Assembly: GCF_018350175.1 (NCBI RefSeq)
Contig: NC_058368.1
Coordinates: 143,656,001 to 143,720,000, forward strand
Reading direction: 5' to 3'
Length of the DNA stretch: 64,000 nucleotides
DNA from: Felis catus
Taxonomy: Eukaryota
The notes below the pieces were generated by a model. It saw nothing but the letters and a program-made list of their open reading frames with translations, had not been told where the DNA came from and did not search any database. Shown here piece by piece: positions 49,975 through 61,895 of this stretch (its first letter is position 1; every line of letters begins with the position of its first letter). The position numbers and the translations under genes are program-made.

Positions 49975-50183
49975 CTTTTTTTTGAATTTTTTTTAATATT
50001 TATTTTTGAGAGACAGAGCACGAGTTGGGGAGGGGCAGAGGCAGAAGGAGACACAGAATCCAAAGCAGGCTGCAGGCTGAGCTGTCAGCGCAGGGCCCAT
50101 TGCGGGGCTCGAACTCATGAACCATGAGATCATGATGTGAGCCGAAGTCAGAAGCTCAAAGGAATGAGCCACCCAGGTGCCCC
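49975..50183 (-). mobile_element. Can-SINE (SINEC_Fc-like)
   Basis: TSD gtgaaatttc. Confidence 0.9.
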
Positions 50184-50493
50184 TTAGGGTGAAATTTCCT
50201 ATTTACATCTTTATATAAAAAACCCAGTGATATGGATGACACCATCCCACAATATAGTTTGGCAACATGCAAACCAAAAATATTCTGTGTTTTTTGAGGG
50301 ATTTTTTTTCCTTATTCATTTTCTTCCTTTTACTAGAGCAATGCTTCCTCTGTCTATTCTTCCCGAGCATAAATATTTTAATAATAAGCATCTAAGCTTA
50401 TCCATTTTTTTTACCTGCTCCTGAGACGTATGATCATGGACATTGTAAGACTGTATCAAATTGCTTCCCTCCCAACTTTATAGTACTTTAGTT

Positions 50494-50704
50494 CTTTTTT
50501 TTTTATGTTTATTTTTTGAGACAGAGCAAGAGACAGAGTGCAAGCAGGGGAGGGGCAGACAGAGAGTGACACAGAATCCAAAGCAGGCTCTAGGCTCCAA
50601 GCCGCCAGCACAGAGCCTGACGCAGGGCTCGAACTCACGAACCTGTGAGATCGTGACCTGAGTGGAAGTCGAATGCTTAACCGACTGAGCCACTCAGGCA
50701 CCCC
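50494..50704 (-). mobile_element. Can-SINE (SINEC_Fc-like)
   Basis: TSD tatagtactttagttct. Confidence 0.92.
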
Positions 50705-50719
50705 TATAGTACTTTAGTT

Positions 50720-52260
50720 CTATCTCACTTTTTAATTCTACAAATTAACCATTATTGTTGTTGTTTTATATGACCAATGTTTAAATTTATTTATTTAAGA
50801 ATGTTTTTGCTTACCATTTCTTCTTGCATTTCACACTTTCCATTTGAATTCATCTTCTCTGCATCTGAAGTATATCCTTGAGAATTTCATTTTGTAATGC
50901 CTTATACTCAGTTTTATTTGTCTTAAAATGTCTTTATTTTGCCCTTATTCTTTTTTTAAGAAGTTCACTTTTTTATTTTGAGAGAGAGAATCCCAAGCAG
51001 GCTCTACATTTTCAGTGTGGAGTCCAGCATGGGGCTGGAACCCATGTACTGAGCCCCAATCGAGAGTTGGACGCTAACATGACTGAGCCACCCAGGCATC
51101 TCTGCCCTCATTCTCAGAAGGAGTTTTCACTAATTGTAGTTTGGGGTTGATAGTTATCTCTTCTCAGCACATTAAAGATAACATTCCGTATCTTCTTGCT
51201 TTGGCAAAGGCTGTTGAAAACAGTGTTGTAATCTAATTTTTATTCACTTGAGATTTGTCTTTAATCTTTGGCGGCTTTAAAGATCCTCTCTTTGACCTTG
51301 GTGTTCTAAACTTTTGCTGCAATGTGCCTAGGAGTGATTTTCTGCTTATTTATCCTGTTTGGGATTTGTTGGGACTCTGTGGTTTGGTGTCTTTCAACAA
51401 TTCTGAAAAATTCTCAGCCATTATCTCTTTAAATATTGTCACTTTTTCATTTTTTCTAATGTCTGCATCTAGAACTTTAATTAGACATATGTACTTTCTC
51501 ACTCTATCCTCCTTTACTTTCAATTTCTCATATTTCTTTTTAATCTTGTTTCTCTGCACTACATTCTTTGTAATTTCTTTTGCTTTATCTTCCATTTTGC
51601 TAATTACGTCTTAATTTTGTCCAAGCCGATGTTTAATTCATAGATTGTTTTTAATTTCAGTTATATTTTTCATTTCTAGAAGATTTCTTGCAAATATACA
51701 GTAAAACCTTGGTTTGTGAGCATAATTTGTTCCAGAAACATGCTCGTAATCCAAAGCACTTGTATATCAAAGCAAATTTCAAGAACCATTACCTTAGTCG
51801 TGCTCATGTGACATTTGGCGTCATGTCCTACTCGTATTGCAAGAAACTGCTCGTTTATCAAGTTAAAATTTATTAGAAATGTTTGCTCATCTTGTGGATC
51901 AGTCACAGAACAAGTTCCTCGCAATCCAACGTCTTACTGTACTTGGTTTTTTACTTAATAGTTTTTGTTTGTTCGTTTCTTGTCCTTACTTTCAGGCTTC
52001 TCTTTTATTTCTTGAAGCATGTTAAATGTGTTAATTGTATGGTCCAAAAGTCTGTGAAAGTGTGATTCTGTTGTTTCTCACTTATGGTCCTTGTTTCCTT
52101 GAGTGTTCTGTAATTTTCTTTTTATTGCAGGCTTATATTCTTTGGAACATTATCTGTAGGAATTTTTTGAGAACGAGGTTAAAGTTCTTGTCCCCCAGAC
52201 AGGATTTCCTGTGACTTTAGTTGTCTGGAGGCACTACCTGTTCTCTGTCTGACAGTTTTT
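50720..52260 (-). mobile_element. Ancient L1/HAL1 ORF1 remnant (with decayed SINE ~50950-51100)
   Basis: ORF 51350..51595 gives IFKEIMAENFSELLKD, an L1 ORF1p-like motif. Confidence 0.7.
51699..51939. mobile_element. TcMar/Tigger-type MITE
   Basis: 22-bp imperfect TIRs (cagtaaaaccttggtttgtgag / revcomp cagtaagacgttggattgcgag); TA duplicated at 51697-98 and 51940-41. Confidence 0.8.
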
Positions 52261-52782
52261 CACACCGTATAGAAGCATGAATTTGGGACTACAGTACAAC
52301 AAGAAGCAACATCAGCTATGAAGCATTTTTGATAAAAGTTTTTCACCTGAAGCTAGTCATGAGAAAAAATTGGTCAAATCCAGAATATAGGACATTTTAC
52401 ATGACTGTTGGCCCGAATTCTTTAAAAAAGTCATTGTCACCCATACAAAAAAGAAAAGGCAGGGTACTCTTCTTAATTAAAAAAAAAAAACACTAAAGAA
52501 ACAGATCAAATGCAATGAATTCACTTTAATAAGCTTCTGTTTTTCTTTTTTTAAGTCATAAAACATATTTGGGAAGCAATTAAGAATATTAGAATACAGA
52601 GCACATGTTAAATGATTTTATGGAATTATCATTACTTTTCTGACGTGAGATCATGATATGGTGATTATATAGGAGGATGTCTTTATTCTAGGAGATGCCT
52701 ACTGAAGTAGTTAGGGGTAACATGTCCTGTACTTGTAACTTAATTTCACTTGGTTGAAACAAAACCCCCCAAATGTTTATCT

Positions 52783-52804
52783 ACACACACACACACACAC
52801 ACCC

Positions 52805-52844
<40 letters not shown>
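52783..52844 (+). repeat. Interrupted (CA)n microsatellite
   Basis: Direct reading. Confidence 0.95.
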
Positions 52845-52848
<4 letters not shown>

Positions 52849-53758
52849 GGTCTTGGTATAGGTATAGGTAGGGAAATCGGTGACTGTAGGAGAATTATTC
52901 ATTTGTACTTTTCTCTTGACTTTTTTGTAGGTTTTTTAAGTATTCAAACTTTTAAATTTTGTGGGAAAAGGCAAAAACAAACAAAAAAACTACATTAGGG
53001 ATAGCTGTAGCTACAAATATTAGCGGGGAGATTTTCTCCCCTACACAAGGGCCAAGATCAAGACAGGCAAGTCTCCATGTTTTCCCCTTCTGAACAGAGG
53101 GTTCATTTCTAATCTCTTACACAGAAGGCATAACTTCTTGAGGTCTCAACTTGATATGGAGGAGGGGGTCTTCTTTTAGATTTTTCACCCTGGTAGAGCC
53201 TTAGACTTTTTTAATCCCTTCAACCTTTCAAGCTGCTAAAACAGAGGTTCAATATCCCGGGGTTTATCAGATACTCTCAGGGTAAAAGCTGATTTTGGTG
53301 CTTATCTACTGCCCAGGTTTCATGCTTTAACTTTATATTTGGCCACTATGGATTTCTTGATTGCTTGCTCAGTAATTCATCTAATTTGTAAAATATTTTT
53401 CACCCCAAAATTTCATGTTTTTAGTAGGAGGATCATTTAGGGCATCTTTTCCTATTATACTAGTAGAAACAGAAGTCTTCGTGCAACAACATCTTAAATG
53501 AAATTTATTATTTTTCTTCCAATTCCTATAGAGATTTAAAAAGCAGTTAAAGCCACAAGCACATTTCAAAAAAATATTCCTTATCATACCATTGTTATAA
53601 AGCCCCTGGCCTTAATACATAAATCGAGTATATTTACCTTTCATCTACCCAGTTGAAAATATAGTTGTCTCAACACAAAAAGATACTCCATCAAGCCAGT
53701 CTTTTCCCCTAAGTTATAAGCTCATTTATTCAATTTATTGTAAAGTCATAATTCTGTA

Positions 53759-53760
<2 letters not shown>

Positions 53761-53799
<39 letters not shown>
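53761..53799. repeat. (AT)n microsatellite
   Basis: Direct reading, about 19 units. Confidence 0.97.
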
Positions 53800-53801
<2 letters not shown>

Positions 53802-55494
53802 CTAGATTATGAAAAAACACCTTCTCAGTAAGTCATAAACACCTTTCATAACAACAATGGAAATAGCCCTGTTGACAAGAGCAATATATCCCTTTTTCAT
53901 TCTTTATTTATTTGCTTATATGAGGAGCAAACTACTAAAGCCAGTATCTCTCACATTTTCTTTTTATTGTAATGGATTTGGTATGCTCCGGACACAAGCC
54001 TTAACACAAGCCTCCATTTAAGAACCAGGGTGAACCTTTCCCCTACAAAGCTGAGTAGACTGTCATCAGTCCCTCAGTTGCATGAACACCAACCTCAATT
54101 GATGAATAAGAATATGTATTAAATAAAAATAAAGAACAGAAAAGAAATATTATTTATTCTGCAAGAAACAAATCTGAGAATCATAACATTCCATGACGTC
54201 CCACAGTCACTGATTGTAGTAGAATAGTTACTCTCCAATGTTAGTTACAGGTTTTGGATGGAGGATATTTTTATTCTGGGACCTTCCTTGGGTCTGGGAC
54301 CTTCTGAACCAGCCCCCAGACTCTATTTTTCTGATCTATGTGTTGGTCAACATATCTAGGTGTCCCTGCATACAAATAGTTACTCAGGAGGGAGATTATT
54401 GTGTATTTATATATAGCCTTCCCCTTGATTTTGGCGTTCAATTTTTTTCTCTAAATTACCGAAGCAGCCAAAAGCATTAATTATGATTGTAGTCAGAGTA
54501 ATTTCCTCTAAATCCTGCTGTCCTTTTCTTCTTTTTACAAGAGGGTTGTGTGCCCTTTCCCTGAGAGAATATGTTCTGCTTGTTTAAAGATTGTCAAGGC
54601 AACCTACTGCTTCTCCATTTCCTCTCACTTAGGTTCTGGATAATAGATTAACCATCTCAATTACAAATCAAAATACTTGAGCCTCATCAAAAAAAAAAAA
54701 AGGAGAAGAAGATAAAAATGAAACAACTACTTGCCAGGCACTAGGTTACATGTTTATATTTATTGTTTCACTTAAAAAGTGCTACTGGCATCTCCATTCA
54801 CCTCAAAACAGGCACCATTAGCATTTCCATTTTCGGATGACACTCCAGTCTAAGAAACGGAGCCATTAAATGGCTGCCCAGGGGCACACAGTGATGGAGT
54901 CAGGAACAAAACCAGGCAGTATGACCACAGAGCCTGCTGCGGTCCTAACCAAGACACTACCCCTGCTTGTTTTCACTGACTCTTCTCAGAAATGTTTCAA
55001 ATTCACATATCCAGGTTGTCAGCTTCAGGTCTCCGGATTTAGAGCCCAGCCTAGGAATGAGCAACTACTACTAATTGAAAGCCACAATATGTGAGGCACC
55101 ATCCTCGAGCTCCCTCTCATACAACTCGCAAGGTTGGTGTCATTCACATTTTCCAGTGATGACAAGGAGACACGACCTGTCCCATAACAGGAGCTTAAGA
55201 GAATTCCCAAGGCCATAGACCTAATAAGTGGCTGAGCCCATGTGTTTCCTCCATGCCACTTCCCCAGATTAGACCTAGCATTCCTTCACAGGTCAGGGCA
55301 AGGTCATAATATACTGTGCTGGTGACCACACCATTTTGGCAATGGTCTTTAAAAAGTGCAAAGAAAGAAACGGTAAATACTGGAAAACTGAGGTTTTTTT
55401 TGTTTCATGTAGTATTTCTATATAAATAAGCTAAATTAATAATAAGAAATGCATTCTTATGGCCTCATTTTACTTAATTTGCCCAGGAAGCAGG

Positions 55495-55522
55495 TTTTGG
55501 GGTTTTGTTTTTGTTTTTTGAT

Positions 55523-55564
<42 letters not shown>

Positions 55565-55748
55565 CGAGCGCCCGCAAGCCAGTAGGGGAGGGGAAGAGGG
55601 AGAGAGAAAATCTTAAGCAGGCTCCCTACTCAGTGCGGAGCCCTACTTGGGGGTCTATCCCATAACCCCCATGACCTGAGTCATGGATCATGACCTGAGT
55701 CAAAATGAAGAGTCAGACACTCAACTGACTGAGCTACCCAGGTGTCCC
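55495..55748 (-). mobile_element. Can-SINE with expanded (GA)n(GC)n tract
   Basis: TSD cccaggaagcagg. Confidence 0.88.
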
Positions 55749-56519
55749 AGGAAGCAGGGTTTTATGCATTGATCAGATATCCATTCTCCCTAAGGCAGCA
55801 CAGCAGAGTAGAAGGGTGCTGGGCCTGGGGTCAGAGACTTGAGTGCGAGTGCAGGCTCTTGCATTTCCTTGGGAAGGTTGTTCAACCTCCTTGACCTTTA
55901 GTTTTCTAGTCTGTACAGTGGGAATCATAACCATCCTACCTATCTCACTTGTTGTGAAGATTGAGGTCACGTAAATGAGATATTTAATGAGATATTAATG
56001 AGATATTTAAAGTTGATTACTATTATTGTGTGGGATACTAAGACTCTTCCACAGAAAAAAGAAAAAGATGAGGGGTGTATGTGTGTGTTCTTATGCGTAT
56101 GCATGAACAAATATGCATATATGAATATGCACATAAGTACTGTGTATAAGTAAGTTGTGTTATGCAAATGAAGATGAAAAAACTAGTCATAATGTCACAG
56201 GATAAGCCCTGATAGAGTATGCTAAGGCAAGCCTACAAGGCCTCTGATTTCAGCAGCTTAAACTATCAGTTATATAGACAATGTTGAAAGATTGCTGCTG
56301 GGACCAAGGTAAGAGGAACAGTAGTCCTCAAAGGACTGACACAAAGCTGCGTCTCCACTGGTGACTTCAGGGGTTTGCCATGGAACACCCTAGCTCCCCC
56401 AGAGGGCACTGGAATCGAGTTCTCACATGGGGGATGGGGGGAGAAATGGGGGATAATGAAAGAGGAAAATATTACAAGGGGCATGGGACTCTCTGACAGG
56501 TTCTTTAAAAGGAATCAGC

Positions 56520-56730
56520 GGGGCGCCTGGGTGGCTCAGTCGGTTGCATGTCCGACTTCAGCTCAGGTCACGATCTCACGGTCGGTGAGTTCGAGCCCCG
56601 CGTTGGGCTCTGGGCTGATGGCTCAGAGCCTGGAGCCTGCTTCCGATTCTGTGTCTCCCTCTCTCTCTGCCCCTCCCCCGTTCATGCTCTGTCTCTGTCT
56701 CAAAAATAAATAAACGTTAAAAAAAAAAAT
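56520..56730 (+). mobile_element. Young Can-SINE (SINEC_Fc)
   Basis: TSD tttaaaaggaatcagc. Confidence 0.93.
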
Positions 56731-56837
56731 TTAAAAGGAATCAGCATTTAACACCTGCAGACACAATAAGCTTGTCCTTGAGGGACCCTTTGCTGCCTTC
56801 TCACCTTTTCTTCCCAGGCCTCACTTCTCTTTTCTTT

Positions 56838-57059
56838 AAGAAAAAAAAAATTTTAACATTTATTCATTTTTGAGAGACAGAGAGAGAGACAGTGCAAGCA
56901 GGGGTGGGGCAGAAAGAGAGGGAGACACAGAATTCAGAGCAGGCTCCAGGCTCTGAGCTGTCAGCACAGAGCCCGATGCAGGGCTGGAACTCATGAACCA
57001 TGAGATCATGACCTGAGTTGAAGTCGGATGCTTAACCGACTGAGCCACCCAACTGCCCC
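56838..57059 (-). mobile_element. Can-SINE (SINEC_Fc-like)
   Basis: TSD tctcttttctt. Confidence 0.9.
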
Positions 57060-57761
57060 TCTCTTTTCTTGTTCCCCAATTCCCATGCTACTTTTGCTCA
57101 CTTCTGGGCTTTCTGGCACAACTTTTACTTTACTGAATTTGTCAGGTCTATTTTCCTTTTCTGCTGGTCAGTTTTTAAATGTAGCAGCCAAAAGAATCAA
57201 CATCACTAGCAATTATATCCATACTCAGAATTACTTCTATAAAGGGACATGCTAGAGACCCACAAGAAAATCTCTTTCTGAGAATTATGTAAGTTGGAAT
57301 TTCATTTTTCACTGACATGAATGATGGAACACATACTATATACCAATGAAAGTCAGTGGTCAAATGGAATAATAAAATATGTTTGCAGTTCACATTTCCC
57401 ATAAAAGGAATCACATTTTCATTAGACAGATTTTTCAGGTCAGTGACCAACTCCCTCCCATTTCTCTTGAAAGTGCTATAAACTGGTCCATTTTAATACT
57501 GCTGGAAAAATACTGTACCTCAAAAGAGGAAGGAGAGGAACAGTAGATCTAATATTTATTCGTTTGTGGTACTAGGAAGCAAGACGAAACTCATGCCTTG
57601 TGCCCCTCAACTCCTAGGTCTGAGTAGAGTAAGGAATGGAATATTAGCAACAAGAGCCCACTAATATTTGCTTCTTCTTCCTTCCCACCCCTTCGTTTTT
57701 TCTCTGCTTAATATTAAGCCTGATTTAATGGATAGGATTTTGAGAAAATATGTGGTCTAAA

Positions 57762-58069
57762 ACAGGGCTTGGTAACTTTTTCCGTTGAGGGCCAGAGAGT
57801 AAATATTTGAGGACTTTACAAGCCATATGCACTCTGTTGCAATTGCTCAACTTTGCCATGGTGCTACAAAAGCAGCTGCAGAAGAGTGAAAATGGCTGTG
57901 TTCCAATAAAACTTTATTTATAGCTTAAGTTTTACATAATTTTCACATGTCATAAATAATACTCTTCTTATTTTTTTCCTATCCATTTAAAAATATAAAA
58001 ACTCTTCTTAGCTTGCTGAGCCTACAAAAACAGATAATGGGCCACTGTGGACCAGTTTGCCAATTCCTG
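57762..58069 (+). mobile_element. MER58-like hAT-Charlie element
   Basis: gggccagagagtaaatattt...ggctgtgttccaataaaactttattta...cagtttgccaattcctg. Confidence 0.8.
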
Positions 58070-58325
58070 GTCTTGAACTTTTTTTTATGTTAGACCCATT
58101 GAAATTGAAGTTATTTTGTCCTTCCCTCCCCCCCCTTCCACTTTTTCCTACACTGTTTTTTTTTTTCCTCACACCTTTCCTCCTACTCTGATTTACCAGT
58201 ACATCACTTTTCCTTTAGCTTCACTTATTTGTGAACCTCACAAGAGAATAAAGACTATTTGCCAAAGACTTCCCTGTAAGCACCTATCACTGTGGTGGCA
58301 CTAACAAAGTGGAAGACACAGAATC

Positions 58326-58810
58326 TGTGGCTGACCATGTTGACATGGTCATTTAACCATTGTCCTCTTTTTCTTCCTTCCTGGTACGGTCTACTCCCAC
58401 AATAGAGGCTGGACACTAGTCATCACTTTCCCACCTTTCCTTAGAGACAAGACATGGATATGTCTGTGATCTACTCCTAGACAATAACACCTGAGAAGTC
58501 TGTTTGGGTGCTTCTGGGAAAGGTTCCTTTTTTCCCCACTGGAATAAGAAAGAAAGAGAGAGCAACACCAAGAGTGAGAGTTAACAGCAGAAGCCTTATT
58601 TCCTGCTTCCTACTTTTGGACAATGTCATGTAAAGATGAGATGTTTGGAGCTGCAGCAGTTAACTTGTAACCATGAGAAAAGTCCAAAAGCTGATCTAGA
58701 GGCATAACATTGTTAATTCACTGAACTACCCCTGCAACTCTGTCTCTGGACTCCGTGTTATCGGAGAGAAAATAAACCCCTGGGATGGGAATTCTGTTAC
58801 TGTCTTACAC
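58326..58810 (+). mobile_element. LTR33-like ERVL solo LTR
   Basis: agaggctgga...cttctgggaaagg...ggagctgcagcag...aataaacccc. Confidence 0.55.
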
Positions 58811-59400
58811 AGACAGGCTTCACTCTTGTGAAACTGTTATTAGAGGAGTGATGGGACACATAAAATGAAAACAATGACAAGAAAACACAAAATATCAAGG
58901 GGAGGAGTTAAGATGGCAGAGTAGTAAGGAGACCCTGGGCTTGTCTCATCTCTTGAATGCAGTTAGATCAACATCAAACCATTTTGAACACCTAGGAAAT
59001 TAATCTGAGGATTAATAGAACAATCTGCATAATTTGAGGAAGAGAATATTGCAGCTTCTCTTAAAAAGCAGACCAAAACATACCTACAATGTACCTTCCT
59101 TCATATGGTATTTTTAATTTTTTTTCATTTTTATTTCATTCTATTATTGTCATTATTGTTTTTTCTTCCTCCAAAGTGACAAGATGGAGGAATTCACCTC
59201 AAAAGAAAGAATAGGAAGAAATGATGACCAGGTATTTAATCATGCAGATATAAGTAAGATGTCTGAGTAGAATTTAAAACAATGATTATAAGGAGACTAG
59301 CTGGGCTTCGAAAAATCATGGAAGACACCAGAGAGTCCCTTCCTGCAGAGATAAAAGAACTAAAATCTAGTTTGGCCAAAATTAAAAATCCTCTAACCGA

Positions 59401-59583
59401 GGGGCACCTGGGGAGCTCAGTCGGTTTGGCATCCAACTCTTGATATCAGCTCAGGTCATGATCTCAGGGTCGTGGGATTGAGCCCTGAGTTGGGCTATGC
59501 ACTGATAGCCTGAAGCTTGCTTGGGATTTTCTCTCTCTCCCTCTCTCTCCTTCTCTCTCTGTCCCTCTCCCCCTTGCACTCAC

Positions 59584-59618
<35 letters not shown>

Positions 59619-59655
59619 ATAAATACATAACGTTTTTTTTTAAGTTTTTAAAAAA
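59401..59655 (+). mobile_element. Can-SINE inside L1 ORF1
   Basis: Head, CT tract; imperfect TSD aaaaat(c/g)ct(c/a)taac(c/a)gagg. Confidence 0.88.
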
Positions 59656-60552
59656 ATGCTATAACAGAGGTGCAAACCCAAATGGAGGCCATAAAAACGA
59701 GGATGGATGAGACAGAGGAGTGAATTAGCAATACAGAAGATAAAATTATGGGAAAAAATGAAACTGAAAAGAAGAGGGAAAGAGGTCAGGGATCATGAAG
59801 GCAGACATAGGAAACTCAGCAATTTATTAAAATGTAATAACATTTGTATCATAGGAGTCCTAGAAGATGAAGGAGATAAAAAGGGGCAGAAGGTGTATGT
59901 GAGCAAATTATAGGTGAAAACTTCCTTAATCTGGAGAAGGACACAGACATCAAAATCCAAGAAGCACAGAGAACTCCCATTAAATTCAACAAAAGCCACC
60001 ATCACCAAGACATATCATAGTCAAAATCACAAAATACACAGACAAGGAAAGAATCCTGAAAGTAGCAAGGGGGAAAAAAGTCCTTGATCTACAAGGGAAG
60101 ACAGATCAGGTTCACAGCAGGTCCACAAAAACTTGGCAGGACAAAAAAAGGAGTGGCAAGATATATTCAATGTGTTGAATGGCAAAAATATGCAGCCAAG
60201 AGTACTCTATCCAGCAAGGTGGTCATTTGGAATAGAAGGACAGATAAAGAGTTTCCCAGACAAACAAAAATGAAAGAAGTTTGTGACCACTAAAATAGCC
60301 CTACAAGATATTTTAAAGGGGACTCTTTGAGGGGAGGAAAAAAAAAGATCAAAAGCATCAAAGACTAGAAAGGACCAGAGAGCATCACTAGAAACACCGA
60401 CTCTACAGGCAACACAATAGCACTAAATTCATATCTTTAAGTAATCACTCTGAATGTAAATGGACTAAATGCTCCAGTCAAAAGACATAAATTGAATGGA
60501 TAAAAAAACAAAACAAGATTCATCTGTATGCTGCCTACAAGAGACTCATTTT

Positions 60553-60767
60553 AATCTTTTTCAAAAATGTTTATTTATTTATTTTGTGAGAGAGCACACG
60601 AGGGACAGTGAGAGAGAGAGAGAGGGAGGGGAAAGAGAGAATCCCAAGGAGGCTCCATGCTGTCATTGCAGAGCCTGACATGGGGCTCAATCTCAAAAAC
60701 CATGAGACCATGACCTGAGTTGAAATTCAGAGTTGGATGCTTAACCAATGGAGCCACCCACGTGCTC
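60553..60767 (-). mobile_element. Can-SINE inside L1 ORF2 endonuclease region
   Basis: TSD caagagactcattt. Confidence 0.88.
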
Positions 60768-61680
60768 CAAGAGACTCATTTCAGACCCAGAGACAACTGA
60801 GATTGAAAGAGGATGGAGAACTATCTATCATGCTAATGGACGTCAAAAGAAAGCTCGAGTAGCCAGCTTGTCATATGTCAAACAAACTAGATTTTAAACG
60901 AAAGACTGTAACAAGAAATGAAGAGGGCACTATATCATAATTAAGAGGTCTATCCATCAAAAAGATCTAACAACTGTAAATATTTATGCCTCCAACTTGG
61001 AAGTGTCCAAGTATATAAATTGATTAATCGTAAACATAAAGAAACTCACTGATAATAATGCAAAAATAGTAGGTGACTTTAACATCCCACTTACAACAAT
61101 AACAAATCACCTAAGCAGAAGATCAACAAGGAAACAATGGCTTTGAATGACACACTGGACCAGATGGACTTAATATATCTGGAACCTTTCACCCTGAAGC
61201 AGCAGAATACACATTCTTTTTGAGTGCACATGGAACATTCTCCAGAATAGATCACATACTGGGTCACATATCAGCCCTCAACAAGCACAAAAAGATCAAG
61301 ATCACACCATGCATATTTTTAGATCATAATGCTATGAAACTTGAACTCAACCCCAAGAAAAATTTTGTAAAGCTCTCAAATACATGGAGGTTGAAGAACA
61401 TTGAACTAGAGAATGAATGGGCTAACCAGGAAATTAAAGAAGTAAATTTTTAAAATACATGGGAGCAAATACAAATGAAAACATGACAGTCAAAAACCTT
61501 TGGGATGCAACAAAGATAGTCCTAAGAGGGATGTACATTGCAATTCAGGCCTATCTCAAGAAGCAAGAAAGATCCCAAATACACAACCTAACCTTACACC
61601 TAAAGGAGCTAGAAAAAGAATAGCAAATAAAGCCTAAAGCCAGCAGAAGAAGGGAAATAATAAAGATTAGAGCAGAAATA

Positions 61681-61895
61681 GGGGCGCCTGGGTGGCTCAG
61701 TCAGTTAAGCATCTGATTTTGGCTCAGGTCATGATCTCCCAGTTAGTGGGTTTGAGCCCCGCATTGGTCTCTGTGCTGACAGCTCACAGCCTGGAGCCTG
61801 CTTCGGATTCTGTGTCTCCTTATCTCTCTGTTCTTCCCCTGCTCATGCTCTGTCTCTCTCTCAAAAATACAGATTAAAAAAAAATTTTTTTTTAA
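61681..61895 (+). mobile_element. Can-SINE (SINEC_Fc-like) inside L1 ORF2
   Basis: TSD attagagcagaaata. Confidence 0.9.

Noticed and set aside
56155..56169. Sox-Oct-like TTGTGTTATGCAAAT
   Set aside because: Sox half-site is poor; a single octamer is expected by chance
6244..61877. Many similar 60-110 aa ORFs (MAQSVK..TSAQVMIS..SLEPASDSVSPSLSAPP)
   Set aside because: Translations of Can-SINE copies, not a gene family
6096..61895. tRNA-like A/B boxes (tggctcagtcgg...gttcgagccc)
   Set aside because: SINE heads followed by CT tract and A tail; no full cloverleaf tRNA gene
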